Shown here: piece by piece, positions 47,201-56,494 of the stretch
Layout: every line of letters begins with the position of its first letter
How positions within the stretch are numbered: the first letter of the stretch is position 1
Source: a virus
DNA: 64,000 nucleotides
Direction: 5' to 3' (one strand)
IMG/VR virus record: IMGVR_UViG_3300031972_001405
Span: 23,425-87,424 of that record
The notes under the pieces: model-generated
Database searches by the model: none
Told to the model about the DNA's origin: nothing
Seen by the model: the letters and a program-made list of their open reading frames with translations, nothing else
Position numbers and translations under genes: made by a program

Positions 47201-50200
47201 TATGAGAAAATAGATTGAGACTCTTCGTATCCAGCCCCTTCAAGATCTCTAAATGCATTTACTTTGAATGAAGTTGATGCAATTCCAACAACAGAGTAAC
47301 TTCCGTTGAAACCAGATGAATCAAAATTGATAGTATTGAAGTCTAGTACGCTATCATCCTCAACAAAATTGAGAGAGTCAAATCTTCTCTGCTTTCTTCC
47401 CTTTCTTGATGGAATTCTATTAGTGTATGCAGGTTCAAACTTATAGAAAAGTTTCTCTGGGAAATCTCTATTAGTGTAGAGAGTAGTGCTACTTGCTGTA
47501 GACGGATCTCCAATCCTACCTCTAGTTATGATTGGGAAGTTGACAGAATCGCCAGCAGAGAAAAATTCATTCTCATAATTCTTGTCAGTAAAGAATTTGA
47601 TGCTGAATGCAGGGAAAATTCTATTGCCCTGAGAGAAAGCGAGAGACGAGTCGGTGGTGGCAAAAGAAATTCTATTGCCAAGAATCTGATTGATGGGTGG
47701 ATTAATTAGAGAAATTAACTGATTTCCGCTACCAGCATCACTAAAGTTAATATATAAAGGTCTATCGAGTTCAGATTCTCTCTTTGTTCTAGTAATTCTG
47801 AATCTATTGTCGTCATCTTTAACGACATAATACATTCCATTATCTGAAATTACTGAAGGAACTGTACTAGCAGACTCCTTAGTCCAAATAATCTTATCAC
47901 CAGTTCTGTAACCATGATTATTGATTATAATTAAATTGTTATTAACATCGATATTAGATGTACTCAATCCAACTCTATTAAATACAATTCTTCGGTTGTA
48001 GTTGTTAAACTGTACAAAGATTGAAGAAGTGATTCCAGGAAGGACATCAAGTTGAACCTGATCTTCAATTCCTAGATGATGGAAGATATCCGTATATACT
48101 TCAAAGTCAGAAACATTTAAATTTCCTTTAATTACATGTTCTCCGATCCTGTCATAAACTGATTGGAAGCTATGTGTGACACCAGACCCAACGTTAAGGA
48201 ATCTGAGTTGATGTGCTGTGGATCCAACACCAACTACTAGGGTGTCTGTTCCAATTGCCACTTTTGTCGTAGAAAGACCAATCGCATTTTTTCCCACATT
48301 GATGGCATAAACAAATCCACCATCAGGAAGTGTGAAAGTTCCGCCAACTCCTGTGTTTGAAACGGAAACTCCTATACCACCATTGGTTAGATACTTAAGT
48401 TTTTGTCCCGTTCTCAATCCATGATTGGAGATGAAGATAGATCCTGTGGGAATTTCTCCATATACAGTTGTAGTTCCAATACCAACATCAGAAGGAATGC
48501 TGGATACGATACCAACACCAATTGAAGTTCCTACTCCAACTTGATCCTGAGGATTGAAATAAAGTTCAAAATTAGATTGAGTAACAAAACCAGATGAAAT
48601 ACCCGAGACATTAAATGTAAACTGTCTTGGGAAACTGATTATCTTAGCAAAGAAAGAATGTGCAACACCGATAGTTCCTTCAGATTGCCTTTGTACTCTA
48701 ACTCTGCTATGCTGTGGCTCAATGTTCAGAACTTTGAACTTCTCAAATGAATTGATGCCAACAGATGTCGTGTATGCAATACCGATAATATCGTTTTCGT
48801 CAATCCCAGTTGGTGTCAAGTCACCAGAGATTGATAGGTACGTCGTCAGACCCGTTATAGACGGTGTAGAAGCAGCGGAAACCAGTCTCCATGACGTTGT
48901 ATTAATACCAATGGTGTGACGCCCTGCAACGGCAGGAACTACGTCTGTGGAGAGTCCACTGATTACAACACTATCGTTATTTCTCAGTCCATGTGGAATG
49001 GTACAGAAACCAACGGCAGCGCCTGTTCCTGCCTTAACAAGAACTTCTACATCTGGTAAAGTATAAGTTGAAGCGGCAATAGAAGTAATGCTTCTTCCAT
49101 CCAACCAACTTACGACTGCTTGAGCATCATCGCCCAAGTTGTTATCATTATCTACTTCTAATCTATCGCCAACCCTGTAGCTAGATCCAGCAGAAACAAT
49201 AGTGAAAGATTCGACTTTGCCAGTAGTTGCTCTCTCAACATTTACATATTGTCTCTCATCGTTAGTTGGGTTAATAATATATTCATTAGATCCATAATAA
49301 CTATTGATTTTGTATGGTCTAGAATTTCTAATAAACTCAGATTCATTGAGGTCAATGTCCTGGGTGTTTGAAGAAGAAAGTAAATTAAAATCAAGTGGTT
49401 TGCTTCTATATGAATCACCAATCAGATATGGGAATCTAGGAGGGAAGAAACCTTTGAAAGGTCCATCATTAGAAATTCTGTTACCAATCGTAGCAAAATA
49501 GCAGTATCTTCCTTGAGGAAAATCTGGTGTTTTACAGAATCTTCCATTGTGCTCATCAAGATCTCCAGCGTTAGACCAAACATAGTCATTGACAAAATAA
49601 CCGAGTGGGTACTTATCTACCGATGGTCTGCTATCAGATGTAGTTCTTCTATATCCTGAACGCATTCTTTTAATCGTACCGCCCTGTGGGTTAGAATAAC
49701 CATATGGACCATAGATTGGATTGCCATCATATGCCCATCCAATAATGGGAGAGTGCCTAGTTGCCTTTTCCTCAATGAATGAGAAATTCAAATCATTGGA
49801 ACCATAGTTCTTGGTTCCATTAATATTCAAGGCATATAGAACTCTTCTAAGATTTCTAGGAGCATATAAGTGAACATACTGAGATCCAAACTCTCTTCTA
49901 GATGGTGCTGCTAAAATAGAGTCGTCAGTTCCAAAATTATTTTCAAATCTAGCAACATTGTTGATATTCCATTGTCCAATGTTTGCTCTAAATTTTGCTT
50001 CAATGCCTCTTTCTTCAATTTCAACGAAGGTTTTTGCAGTAGTGAACCCAACACCCCCATTATTGACAATAACGTCAATAATCTTGCCACCACCAACAAC
50101 GGCAGTCACTTCAGCATAATCACCATCACCCTGAACTGTAAGAATGGGTGGAGAGTTGTATCCAGTACCACCATTAGTTACAATTACAGATTGAAGTCTT

Positions 50201-53200
50201 TCTCCGACAATTACAGGTCGTAGTTGAGCTCTGCTTCCAACATCTAAGGTAATTAACGGTTGCTTCTCGTAATTGGAAATATCAGAGTTTCCGTAACCAG
50301 TTCCGCCAGAGATAATATTTACTTTCTCAATAGAACCAATAACAATTGGTTGAATAATTGCTGGGAACAATGACTCAGCATTAGTTGTTCCAATTCCAAT
50401 GTTTTGTTGATCTGTGAGAAGAAGTTTTGAAGTATCAATTCCAACATCACCATCAATCTCAACTTTAATATCAGGATACTTAAAGATATGAGTTCCTAAA
50501 CCAACACTCTTAATATCTGCATAATCTCTATTGAGGTAATTTGCATTTGTGGTAGTTGTTCCAATTCCAGCAGCTGCTAGTCTAAAACTATTTTCATCAA
50601 GTTTTAAAACGTAATACTGTTGAGTTGTTGAAGTATCCAGTCCAGAGATAGGAGTATCGAGATACTTATACTCAATTATCTCTCCATCCTCAAATCCATG
50701 ATCAATGTAACTAACAATGTCTGCAGATGTATTGATACCTGACGGCTGAACATGAATATCATTAGTTGCATATCCTTCACCTGGATCAACAATATCAATT
50801 CTAGCAATTACACTTCTAGGAAGATCTGCTCTGAAAGTTTGTCTACCCTGACCAAAATCAGTGATGTTTACCGTGTTAACACCAGAAATAGCATCGTCAC
50901 TATTGTTGTGAAACTTGATAGTGTATAAATCTGGAGTGCTGACAAAGAATCCACTATTTTCGTCAATATCGTAAATTCTAATTACATCACCTTCAGTAGA
51001 ACCAATACCAATAGCAGTTTGATCATTGTTATCAACAAAGACTAGTTCTCCATTAATAAATCCATGATATGTTGAGAAAGCAACAGTATTTGACGTTGTG
51101 CTGATTGTTCCAGCACCTTTATTGACAATAATCGTTCTCTCATGAATTTTTTCTTTGAGCAGGGTCTCTGCTCTTGCGCCTTCTCCGTTACCACCAGAAA
51201 TAGTCACCGTTGGTGGATTGATGTAACTAAAACCACCATCTACGACTTGAATTTGTGAGAAAGAACCTCTAACAGTTAAGGTAGCAGTTGCTCCAGTTCC
51301 AACGCTATCGTTAATTACGAATACTGGAGGATTTACAACATCATATCCTCTTCCACCACTAATTACATCAACAGTTTCAACTTCTCCATAATAGATAAAA
51401 TTCTCGGACTTATAGTTCAGAACTTCAACACCATTTACCAAAATACCAGTTCTTGTATCAGGATTAGTAGTAAATTCTAATGCCTCATTATCAGTGGCAG
51501 GTGGAATTGCTCTAATGATCTTTTGAGCATCTAAAGGTTTAAGATAATGTCTGGATGGATGTAAATATTGACTTGTAGCAATTCCACTGACATCTTGGAA
51601 GACACCAGCAGCAATATCAGCCCTACTATTTGCAAGTTTTATATTATCAACATCAATCACATGAACATAGTATTCTCTCTCATTCAAATCTCCAAGATTG
51701 TTAATTATAACGTCTTCAATAGATTCATTAAATTCTTCAATGATATTATCATCATCTACTTCACTAGAATCGATGACTTCTTTATCTGGAACGTAGTTTA
51801 CTGATTCCCCACTGATGAATCCATGATTGGGAATTGTTATAACATCGCCAACGTAAATTTTTGGTGGAATTTGTACAGATCTATCAGAAAGCTCTAGTTT
51901 TGTTCTATAACTCGGAATACTATTAGAAACAATATAGACATTGTTATCAGAATCTTTGTATGAATTAATAACATCCGTGTAAAACTTGTTTGCTACAGGG
52001 AAGTTTACAGAATCAGCAGTTTTTGGTTTTCTACGAGCTTCAAACGTATAATTTAAACCACGAGTATTCTGTAAAGATGTTAAATCGTTGAGTTCATCTA
52101 CGACAAAGTTAAATCTACTAGAAAGATCTACAACTCTACCAGAAGATACTTGACCAAGTTCAATATTGATTATTTCAACTCTATCATCAAGATCGAGTGC
52201 ATGTTCCTCAAAACTAACAAATTCAAATTTGCCAATATCTAAATTATTAGAACTTTTTATTTTAAATCTGTTGTGAGTATTGTAAATTAGTGATTCACTT
52301 ACACTATCACTAAAATCTTCGCCCAGAGAACTTACATAGACTCTATCATCCTCCTCATAATTTGAAACTTCACTTTCATTAAAGGATAACTCATTGAGGA
52401 CACCAGTAATGCCAAATGTAATAATTTCATTATTAGGAGTTATGGAATAGATATTGGTATTCTCAATAATTGTCTCGCCAATAGAAATTTCGTCAAGAAC
52501 TCCGTTACAATTTAAAAATTGATTGACTGTAGTATTTGTATAAGTTACAACTCCACTTGTTCCATTGTTGAAAGGAACAAATATCTCTCCTGCAGTAGAA
52601 AAACCAACAGTAGAGTCAACGTTAACAAATGTACCACCTGCAGCAACATTATCAATTGCTTTTGACTTTCCTGTAACTTTAAACTCACCAAAAAGCGTTC
52701 CAAAAATTTCAGTATCTCTGCTGAAATCATAATCAATACCAACCTTTACATAATCTACTCCTTCTCTTCTAAGTTTCTCAATTTTTGTAATAGAACCGTA
52801 AGCCTTATTAACATTTGTATTAAAAGTGCTTGTATCTTGATATAATGTTTGTCCAATAAGATCTTCTACGTCACCTTCAGATTCAATGACCTCCAAGACC
52901 ATTTCAAGTTGTCTTCTGTAAGTTGCATCAGACAGTTTGAAGACATTATCTTGTGGTTTTTTAATTTCTACGTCAACACCAAACAAAGCACGAAAGAGAA
53001 TTTCAAAAGAACGATCAGTTCCTTTTGAGGTATAAAAATCTTTTGCTTGTTTGATGAAAACTTCTTGATTCAGTCCATCTGCAAGATCTCTTCCTTCAAA
53101 ACCAGGAGAGAATTGTGATTTTAATTTTTCAAGAAATATTTTTTTATACTCTGATGTTAAATTGAATACAACAGTTCTATTAATGTGCTCATCTTCTTCA

Positions 53201-53616
53201 GATTTCTCAAAAACTAACTGATCTGCAGTACTTGGATCTCTATATGAGGTAATTCCAGAAAATCCTCTAACACAGTTAGTGAAAGATGTTTCTGTTTTGT
53301 GAACATATGTAATAATCTCATCATCAATCTTTAACAGACCATATGTTTTTGGAAATCCTTCTGTAGAATCAACAAAAATTGTTTCATCACCAAACTCAAC
53401 GTCTGCACTGAGCAGTGTCGTGCTAACAATAGAACTATATGTTCCTACTTTAACATATTGGTCAATATTTTGACTGATATCAAGAGTACCACCCTCAATT
53501 TCTTGAGAGGTGTAATAAGTTTCTAGAAACTCTGTGAATAATGGAGATTCTAATTTAATATTGGCAGGTATCTGATCACCAACAACAGTTTTTGTTTGAA
53601 CTCTAGTTTCGATCAT
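41269..53616 (-). CDS. gp7: Baseplate wedge initiator, 4115 aa
   Basis: FIKQAKDFYTSKGT.RSF.ILFR.LFG, HDNFYYQNFSY.IKS, HALGFKKF; lies between gp6 and gp8. Confidence 0.88.
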   Translation of the reverse strand: MIETRVQTKTVVGDQIPANIKLESPLFTEFLETYYTSQEIEGGTLDISQNIDQYVKVGTYSSIVSTTLLSADVEFGDETIFVDSTEGFPKTYGLLKIDDEIITYVHKTETSFTNCVRGFSGITSYRDPSTADQLVFEKSEEDEHINRTVVFNLTSEYKKIFLEKLKSQFSPGFEGRDLADGLNQEVFIKQAKDFYTSKGTDRSFEILFRALFGVDVEIKKPQDNVFKLSDATYRRQLEMVLEVIESEGDVEDLIGQTLYQDTSTFNTNVNKAYGSITKIEKLRREGVDYVKVGIDYDFSRDTEIFGTLFGEFKVTGKSKAIDNVAAGGTFVNVDSTVGFSTAGEIFVPFNNGTSGVVTYTNTTVNQFLNCNGVLDEISIGETIIENTNIYSITPNNEIITFGITGVLNELSFNESEVSNYEEDDRVYVSSLGEDFSDSVSESLIYNTHNRFKIKSSNNLDIGKFEFVSFEEHALDLDDRVEIINIELGQVSSGRVVDLSSRFNFVVDELNDLTSLQNTRGLNYTFEARRKPKTADSVNFPVANKFYTDVINSYKDSDNNVYIVSNSIPSYRTKLELSDRSVQIPPKIYVGDVITIPNHGFISGESVNYVPDKEVIDSSEVDDDNIIEEFNESIEDVIINNLGDLNEREYYVHVIDVDNIKLANSRADIAAGVFQDVSGIATSQYLHPSRHYLKPLDAQKIIRAIPPATDNEALEFTTNPDTRTGILVNGVEVLNYKSENFIYYGEVETVDVISGGRGYDVVNPPVFVINDSVGTGATATLTVRGSFSQIQVVDGGFSYINPPTVTISGGNGEGARAETLLKEKIHERTIIVNKGAGTISTTSNTVAFSTYHGFINGELVFVDNNDQTAIGIGSTEGDVIRIYDIDENSGFFVSTPDLYTIKFHNNSDDAISGVNTVNITDFGQGRQTFRADLPRSVIARIDIVDPGEGYATNDIHVQPSGINTSADIVSYIDHGFEDGEIIEYKYLDTPISGLDTSTTQQYYVLKLDENSFRLAAAGIGTTTTNANYLNRDYADIKSVGLGTHIFKYPDIKVEIDGDVGIDTSKLLLTDQQNIGIGTTNAESLFPAIIQPIVIGSIEKVNIISGGTGYGNSDISNYEKQPLITLDVGSRAQLRPVIVGERLQSVIVTNGGTGYNSPPILTVQGDGDYAEVTAVVGGGKIIDVIVNNGGVGFTTAKTFVEIEERGIEAKFRANIGQWNINNVARFENNFGTDDSILAAPSRREFGSQYVHLYAPRNLRRVLYALNINGTKNYGSNDLNFSFIEEKATRHSPIIGWAYDGNPIYGPYGYSNPQGGTIKRMRSGYRRTTSDSRPSVDKYPLGYFVNDYVWSNAGDLDEHNGRFCKTPDFPQGRYCYFATIGNRISNDGPFKGFFPPRFPYLIGDSYRSKPLDFNLLSSSNTQDIDLNESEFIRNSRPYKINSYYGSNEYIINPTNDERQYVNVERATTGKVESFTIVSAGSSYRVGDRLEVDNDNNLGDDAQAVVSWLDGRSITSIAASTYTLPDVEVLVKAGTGAAVGFCTIPHGLRNNDSVVISGLSTDVVPAVAGRHTIGINTTSWRLVSAASTPSITGLTTYLSISGDLTPTGIDENDIIGIAYTTSVGINSFEKFKVLNIEPQHSRVRVQRQSEGTIGVAHSFFAKIISFPRQFTFNVSGISSGFVTQSNFELYFNPQDQVGVGTSIGVGIVSSIPSDVGIGTTTVYGEIPTGSIFISNHGLRTGQKLKYLTNGGIGVSVSNTGVGGTFTLPDGGFVYAINVGKNAIGLSTTKVAIGTDTLVVGVGSTAHQLRFLNVGSGVTHSFQSVYDRIGEHVIKGNLNVSDFEVYTDIFHHLGIEDQVQLDVLPGITSSIFVQFNNYNRRIVFNRVGLSTSNIDVNNNLIIINNHGYRTGDKIIWTKESASTVPSVISDNGMYYVVKDDDNRFRITRTKRESELDRPLYINFSDAGSGNQLISLINPPINQILGNRISFATTDSSLAFSQGNRIFPAFSIKFFTDKNYENEFFSAGDSVNFPIITRGRIGDPSTASSTTLYTNRDFPEKLFYKFEPAYTNRIPSRKGRKQRRFDSLNFVEDDSVLDFNTINFDSSGFNGSYSVVGIASTSFKVNAFRDLEGAGYEESQSIFSYITNSKYTLGPIRDIKLKSGGFSYNRLPGITSIASSEGIGAIIKPNSKSIGKIRGQKLIDVGWGYPSDSTLKPKGNIPELLSVDSLFTIKSLGIQTGGRNYVITPTEFVVFDGSSGEFIPEIQLKFSLTGSSIGNVRILSNSTRLSNANPTIIPLNNSNGVGIKTVEYNSNERIVTLKFDVGFTTSNTFPFKLGDRVLVENVGIASTGSGYNSSDYNYKRFEVIGVDENFGGIGSIAYKLPRDVTYPGLYVTSRSYGRAIPPQDLPKFNAELIPTQFKVGETIVTNSGKSGKVDYWDSVSKIIKVQSQDNFSKKEKVRGLSSKAQAIVRTKVDYDSDFVVDAVSSPRAEWIDQRGFLSENTQRLHDNFYYQNFSYVIKSEIEYDRWSDAVSSLNHALGFKKFGDMQIISESEESTATVSTPEIADVEVSLSLENSAQTYCKYDFDLGVEKTISFGPRNLSNEVIFNNRIITDYVESIGNRVLAIDNISTLFSNTPRQTPFSVTDDFLIGDTRSARYYAFIRDTRYSDEVQAMVFDFIHDDVRGYLAQYALTSSVLDLGAFDFGLSASTGQIQFYPTKFAENNYEIFGFSQQLQDFIPAVNNLNVSGITTIGDIAEFVHSTRRIGAGTTDGDIIVGIATTMFSAVKVFVSTSEKSGESQYETNQISLMHDGTDVYELEFGRINNLSPQKYTIDSGIGTFSSNISNGNMNLVYHPDQTKDIVVNILETRLKIGVSTVGYSTQAIDQIEFGAGSVQIPAGSGISTIHSFPSNYKGAYYVMRIKDKTFNHIEFEEALAITDSGEEYLTQFGKMVSVDSVSGLGTVSLIRNDDLNRIDLSFDPDDQTHEYEVQVLQHGVVSQTGEGNPELDYGTARFVSLNGTYTGTLADVKRSFGLFNGGRPIFVRTFNGAENTIVDVDNDSIVIPDHFYVTGEKLTYDPTGVGNTASIGIVTTTISGVSTDILPSEVFVVKVDDRSIRVAGSATDALAPTPNYLNFTSVGIGTSHTFLTSNQNSRVLLTLDNNIQSPIVATGVTNVLIENMNLTQSQMKLSGITSIFGADLIRIDDEIVRVNSVGVGSTNIFLVTRAWMGTTNQVHGTGSTIEKLIGDFNIVGNTLNFVEAPIGQTPQEVPDDPNQTDYSGIQTSSTFTGRSFIRSGVTGSGDHTYQDNYIFDSLTRSFDGVTRQFTLTSETENVSGISTNNAAIVVNQIFQKPGILNDYTLEESSGITSITFSGYGASVGYDPNVSAIPVGGVIAAVGSTRGFGYQPLISAGGTALVSGFGTVYSISIGNSGSGYRSGIQTFYNSDFVEVTVNVGVRTTDLDTAEVLSIGTATLAGGSISTVTFNSTYNAGTAYTFTNPPIVIIDDAQSYSNLPLIYSSESTGRNIGTNATATIVVGQGSSIIEFEITNNGYGYDVDEVLTVDTSSIAGVNTDPSAGNNFREFQVTIENVESDSFTGWHFGQLEGLDNIEDLFNGTTQVFNLSKDDVPFSIIAKRGSLIDVRQTLIIFINDILQEPNAAYIFNGGSQVRFTEAPIPGDTCRILFYKGTGAVDVVNRDIEETVKVGDSIQLLNRPTIDRVRIFDQDQRIVTGIQTVDTINTTPYSGVGISTDNRFERPITWCKQQQDLFVNGSYVTKDRALYKSRIQPAAHLLKNVGIGNTTIVYVDSVHTIFDDYNENLAGEKQDIFIVEQDAKVSAAATAIISGFGTVLSLDITDGGFGYVTAPSVSIAAAAGLGTTTRAQATSSITNGVVTSVTMTSPGTGYTFQQLPPILIEKDNLKRETFTSVEYQGDFGIVSGIGSASVGVATTGITFDLLISHGSVLRQSDVTGPSGITTISGITTGQYIVITGTSSTDITGFGYTSYDREGGRVAIGTIGLDNVYQVIDYTDVFGYAVGFGSGVGVGSTYFRRITVSVNTYDGVIGFGSSAMFGKFSWGAITNFTRPEEQAFIAHLDNGVTGLSTGPRIQRVEPLKSSNYLT

Positions 53617-55883
53617 TAGTAACCGCCGCCTCCGCCTGAAGAACCTGAACTTGAAGATGTAGCTGATGTGGATGATGTAGTAGTGTCACCAGATGTGACA
53701 TTATCATCAGACCTGTTGACAGTGCTAGTCAAAGTAACGCTAGCGTCTCTTTGAACAACTCTCTGTTGTGGTACATTTGTGACTGATGGCGCTGGTTGAG
53801 CATCCTTAGCCTTAGTGATGACTTTTGCGTTGTCTGAGTGCCTTGCACCAGTCATTAATGTACCGTTTGGCATAGTGTGGAATGGACCATAATATGGTTT
53901 TCCATTTACAAACCCAATATATGTATCTGAGGAGGAAGCAGTCACTAAAATAGCTCCTCTCACAATTTGATCAACATCATGATATGAAGAAATTGGTTTG
54001 AAATAACTTCCAGCAGCATCTTCTCCAGAAGAGATCCTATCTGGTATCATCGTTACCTCACTAGACTCTGTATCAAACAAAGTATAAAGATCTTGTTTTC
54101 CGATTACGTCATTTGATTCTGGAATTGCATCAAATTCAATAATTGGTTGATCTTCATTGACAATCGTTGATGTAATAATCATCGGATTGATTTTAATCTC
54201 TCCTGACAAGTAATCAATGGTGCCCATATCATCTCTCACAACCTGAGATTCATTAGCACTCTTTAGAGTGAAAAGAATCATCCTACCAATTGCATCAGTT
54301 TGGTCATCATCATCAATAGCACCTTGACCTGGAACATCTCCAAGATAACACCAACCTTCTACACCACTTACTTTGAATGCTGTAGATCTGACGTTGTAAC
54401 CAGTGTCACTATTAACTCTGATAGAGTTACCAAAGCATATCTCATAGTCTGCAGGAGCATTCTCTACAGGTCTCAAGTTCCTCCGCATTCTAATTAGAGC
54501 ATATGAACTTGTAACGGAAGGATCTGACTGATCAAGTGCCGCTAAGAATCTACTATACTTAAACCTACCAGCAAACTTGTTTAATTCCGTAGAATCTGCA
54601 TATTGCTCAAGTGCTTTCATCACATTTGTTTTAGATGTGCTTGTTCCACTAGATCTAGATGTGTTATAATAAGCTCCAACCTGTGCTTCAATATACAAAT
54701 ACTTTAGATCAGTAATAGTTGGAATAATTCCAGCAATTGAATAGTTTTTTAATTTACGTTGAATCTCAGACTTCAAGAAGTTAGAAATATAATTTGCATT
54801 CTTTGGTTTAATACTAATAAAGACCTTTCCATATTGTGGGGGGTCTAGATCTTCTCCACCATAAACGGAAACGGAATCTGTTTCTGGAAATAGCTCTGGA
54901 ATGACCGCAGCATAGTCATTTGCAGTAACGCAACGATTTTGAGCAGAATAATTTCTTGGAGCATATTTTCTAATCGAATCGATGGATTCAATATTATCTC
55001 CACCAAGAGATCTTTCTGATGAAGTAATTGCACTTACTCCAGATGTTACAACTCTATCACTATTATCTCTCAATCTACCAGCAAAGGTAAAATTATTAAC
55101 TCCATTACCATTCTTGCCATTTGTAATGATATAGGTTGCTTCTACAATATTTCCAGTTTCTAGAGCCGAACCAAAAATACCATCTCCAAAGAGAAGTTCA
55201 TATCTTTCATCTTCAATTTCTTGAATTAAGTACAGATCAGTGTTTTCTGTTGCATCAATAATAGATTCTACAAGATTAAACTTTTTACCAAAGTTTGATT
55301 GCTCATATTCTTTAACCACAACTCTCAAAGTTGAGGTATCAATGTTGGAATTAGGTAAAATGAACCTTTGTTCTGTTAATTGTGAATCATATTCAAAAGT
55401 TTTTGTAATAAAAGTACCTTCATAAACTTCTAAACCAACAAAAGTAGCAATTCCATCAACTACCTGTACTGTAACTGGTTCTGGAATCGAAAATACAAAG
55501 TTATTTCCACTAAAACTTTCAGAAATAGCAACAACACCTGCTTGAAGTGTTAATGTTAGTGGAACTACGCTTGCTCTTGTTATATCTACGCTAAAATTTA
55601 TGCTTACTTTTGACGCTCTTCTTGATCTTGGGACATATCCTATGTTTCTTGCTAAAGATACGACATTTTCTCTTAAAGTCGCACTATCAATAAATCCCTC
55701 ATTCGCCACCATGTTGGTGTTATATGAGTTAATGTAAGTATTGTATGCTAGAATGTCAATAAGAACCGAGAAATTAGATCCCTCAAAATCAAAATCAGTA
55801 AAATTACTGTTTGATCTAAGATAAGACTTAATCTGCTCTTTGATCTGATCAAAGTCTAGATTTGAAAACTTTGCTAGTGGCAT
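53616..55883 (-). CDS. gp6: Baseplate wedge subunit
   Basis: LDFDQIK, FTDFDFEGSN, LAYNTY, YSAQNRCVTANDY, PPQYGKVFISIKP. Confidence 0.95.
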   Translation of the reverse strand: MPLAKFSNLDFDQIKEQIKSYLRSNSNFTDFDFEGSNFSVLIDILAYNTYINSYNTNMVANEGFIDSATLRENVVSLARNIGYVPRSRRASKVSINFSVDITRASVVPLTLTLQAGVVAISESFSGNNFVFSIPEPVTVQVVDGIATFVGLEVYEGTFITKTFEYDSQLTEQRFILPNSNIDTSTLRVVVKEYEQSNFGKKFNLVESIIDATENTDLYLIQEIEDERYELLFGDGIFGSALETGNIVEATYIITNGKNGNGVNNFTFAGRLRDNSDRVVTSGVSAITSSERSLGGDNIESIDSIRKYAPRNYSAQNRCVTANDYAAVIPELFPETDSVSVYGGEDLDPPQYGKVFISIKPKNANYISNFLKSEIQRKLKNYSIAGIIPTITDLKYLYIEAQVGAYYNTSRSSGTSTSKTNVMKALEQYADSTELNKFAGRFKYSRFLAALDQSDPSVTSSYALIRMRRNLRPVENAPADYEICFGNSIRVNSDTGYNVRSTAFKVSGVEGWCYLGDVPGQGAIDDDDQTDAIGRMILFTLKSANESQVVRDDMGTIDYLSGEIKINPMIITSTIVNEDQPIIEFDAIPESNDVIGKQDLYTLFDTESSEVTMIPDRISSGEDAAGSYFKPISSYHDVDQIVRGAILVTASSSDTYIGFVNGKPYYGPFHTMPNGTLMTGARHSDNAKVITKAKDAQPAPSVTNVPQQRVVQRDASVTLTSTVNRSDDNVTSGDTTTSSTSATSSSSGSSGGGGGY

Positions 55884-56281
55884 TACCTTACTGACTTAGC
55901 GATAAATGAGAGATTCTGCAGACCGACATCCAGTCCAATAATTTTATACTCAATTACAAAGTCAATTGCATTAGCTTCAAAAGATGCTACAGCACGAATA
56001 TTTGTCACATCTACTCTAGGTTCATTTTTTTGGATCGCATCTTTGATTGATCCTTCATAAGAAGCAACAATTCGGGGATCAACTACATCAAACATTGATC
56101 TTGCAATTACAGAACCAAAATTTGGTGTAAAGAATCTCTCCCCGAGTGCTGTTGAAGCAATATTACGAATAGATTTGGCAATTGCCGTCTCATCTTTCAA
56201 GACTAATAGGTCGTTGGTGATAGGATGTCTCCTAAACGACAACGAAATATCCTTAAATCCTCTTGAAATCCGATTAGGCAC
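55883..56281 (-). CDS. gp25: Baseplate wedge subunit (GPW/gp25 family)
   Basis: FKDISLSF..HP.TND, GERFF.P.FGS, EPRV; GTG start; CTAAATA box at 56307-56313. Confidence 0.9.
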   Translation of the reverse strand: MPNRISRGFKDISLSFRRHPITNDLLVLKDETAIAKSIRNIASTALGERFFTPNFGSVIARSMFDVVDPRIVASYEGSIKDAIQKNEPRVDVTNIRAVASFEANAIDFVIEYKIIGLDVGLQNLSFIAKSVR

Positions 56282-56305
56282 CGTTTTTATAAGTATAATC
56301 TTTCT

Positions 56306-56482
56306 TTATTTAGCGCCCTTTTCACGACGTTGTGCTTCATCAAGCATTTCTTCGTGCGTCATTTCATCCTTTTTCTGTTTTTCTGATTTATTTAAGTAAT
56401 AATCAGACTTTGGGTCTGTAATTAGGACCATTCCAGACTTTTTAAACTCGTCACTTTGATCGGGCACTGGTTGAATTGCCAT
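56306..56482 (-). CDS. 58-aa hypothetical protein (not in ORF track)
   Basis: MAIQPVPDQSDEFKKSGMVLITDPKSDYYL...; GGAG Shine-Dalgarno. Confidence 0.7.
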   Translation of the reverse strand: MAIQPVPDQSDEFKKSGMVLITDPKSDYYLNKSEKQKKDEMTHEEMLDEAQRREKGAK

Positions 56483-56494
56483 TTTTGCTCCAAA

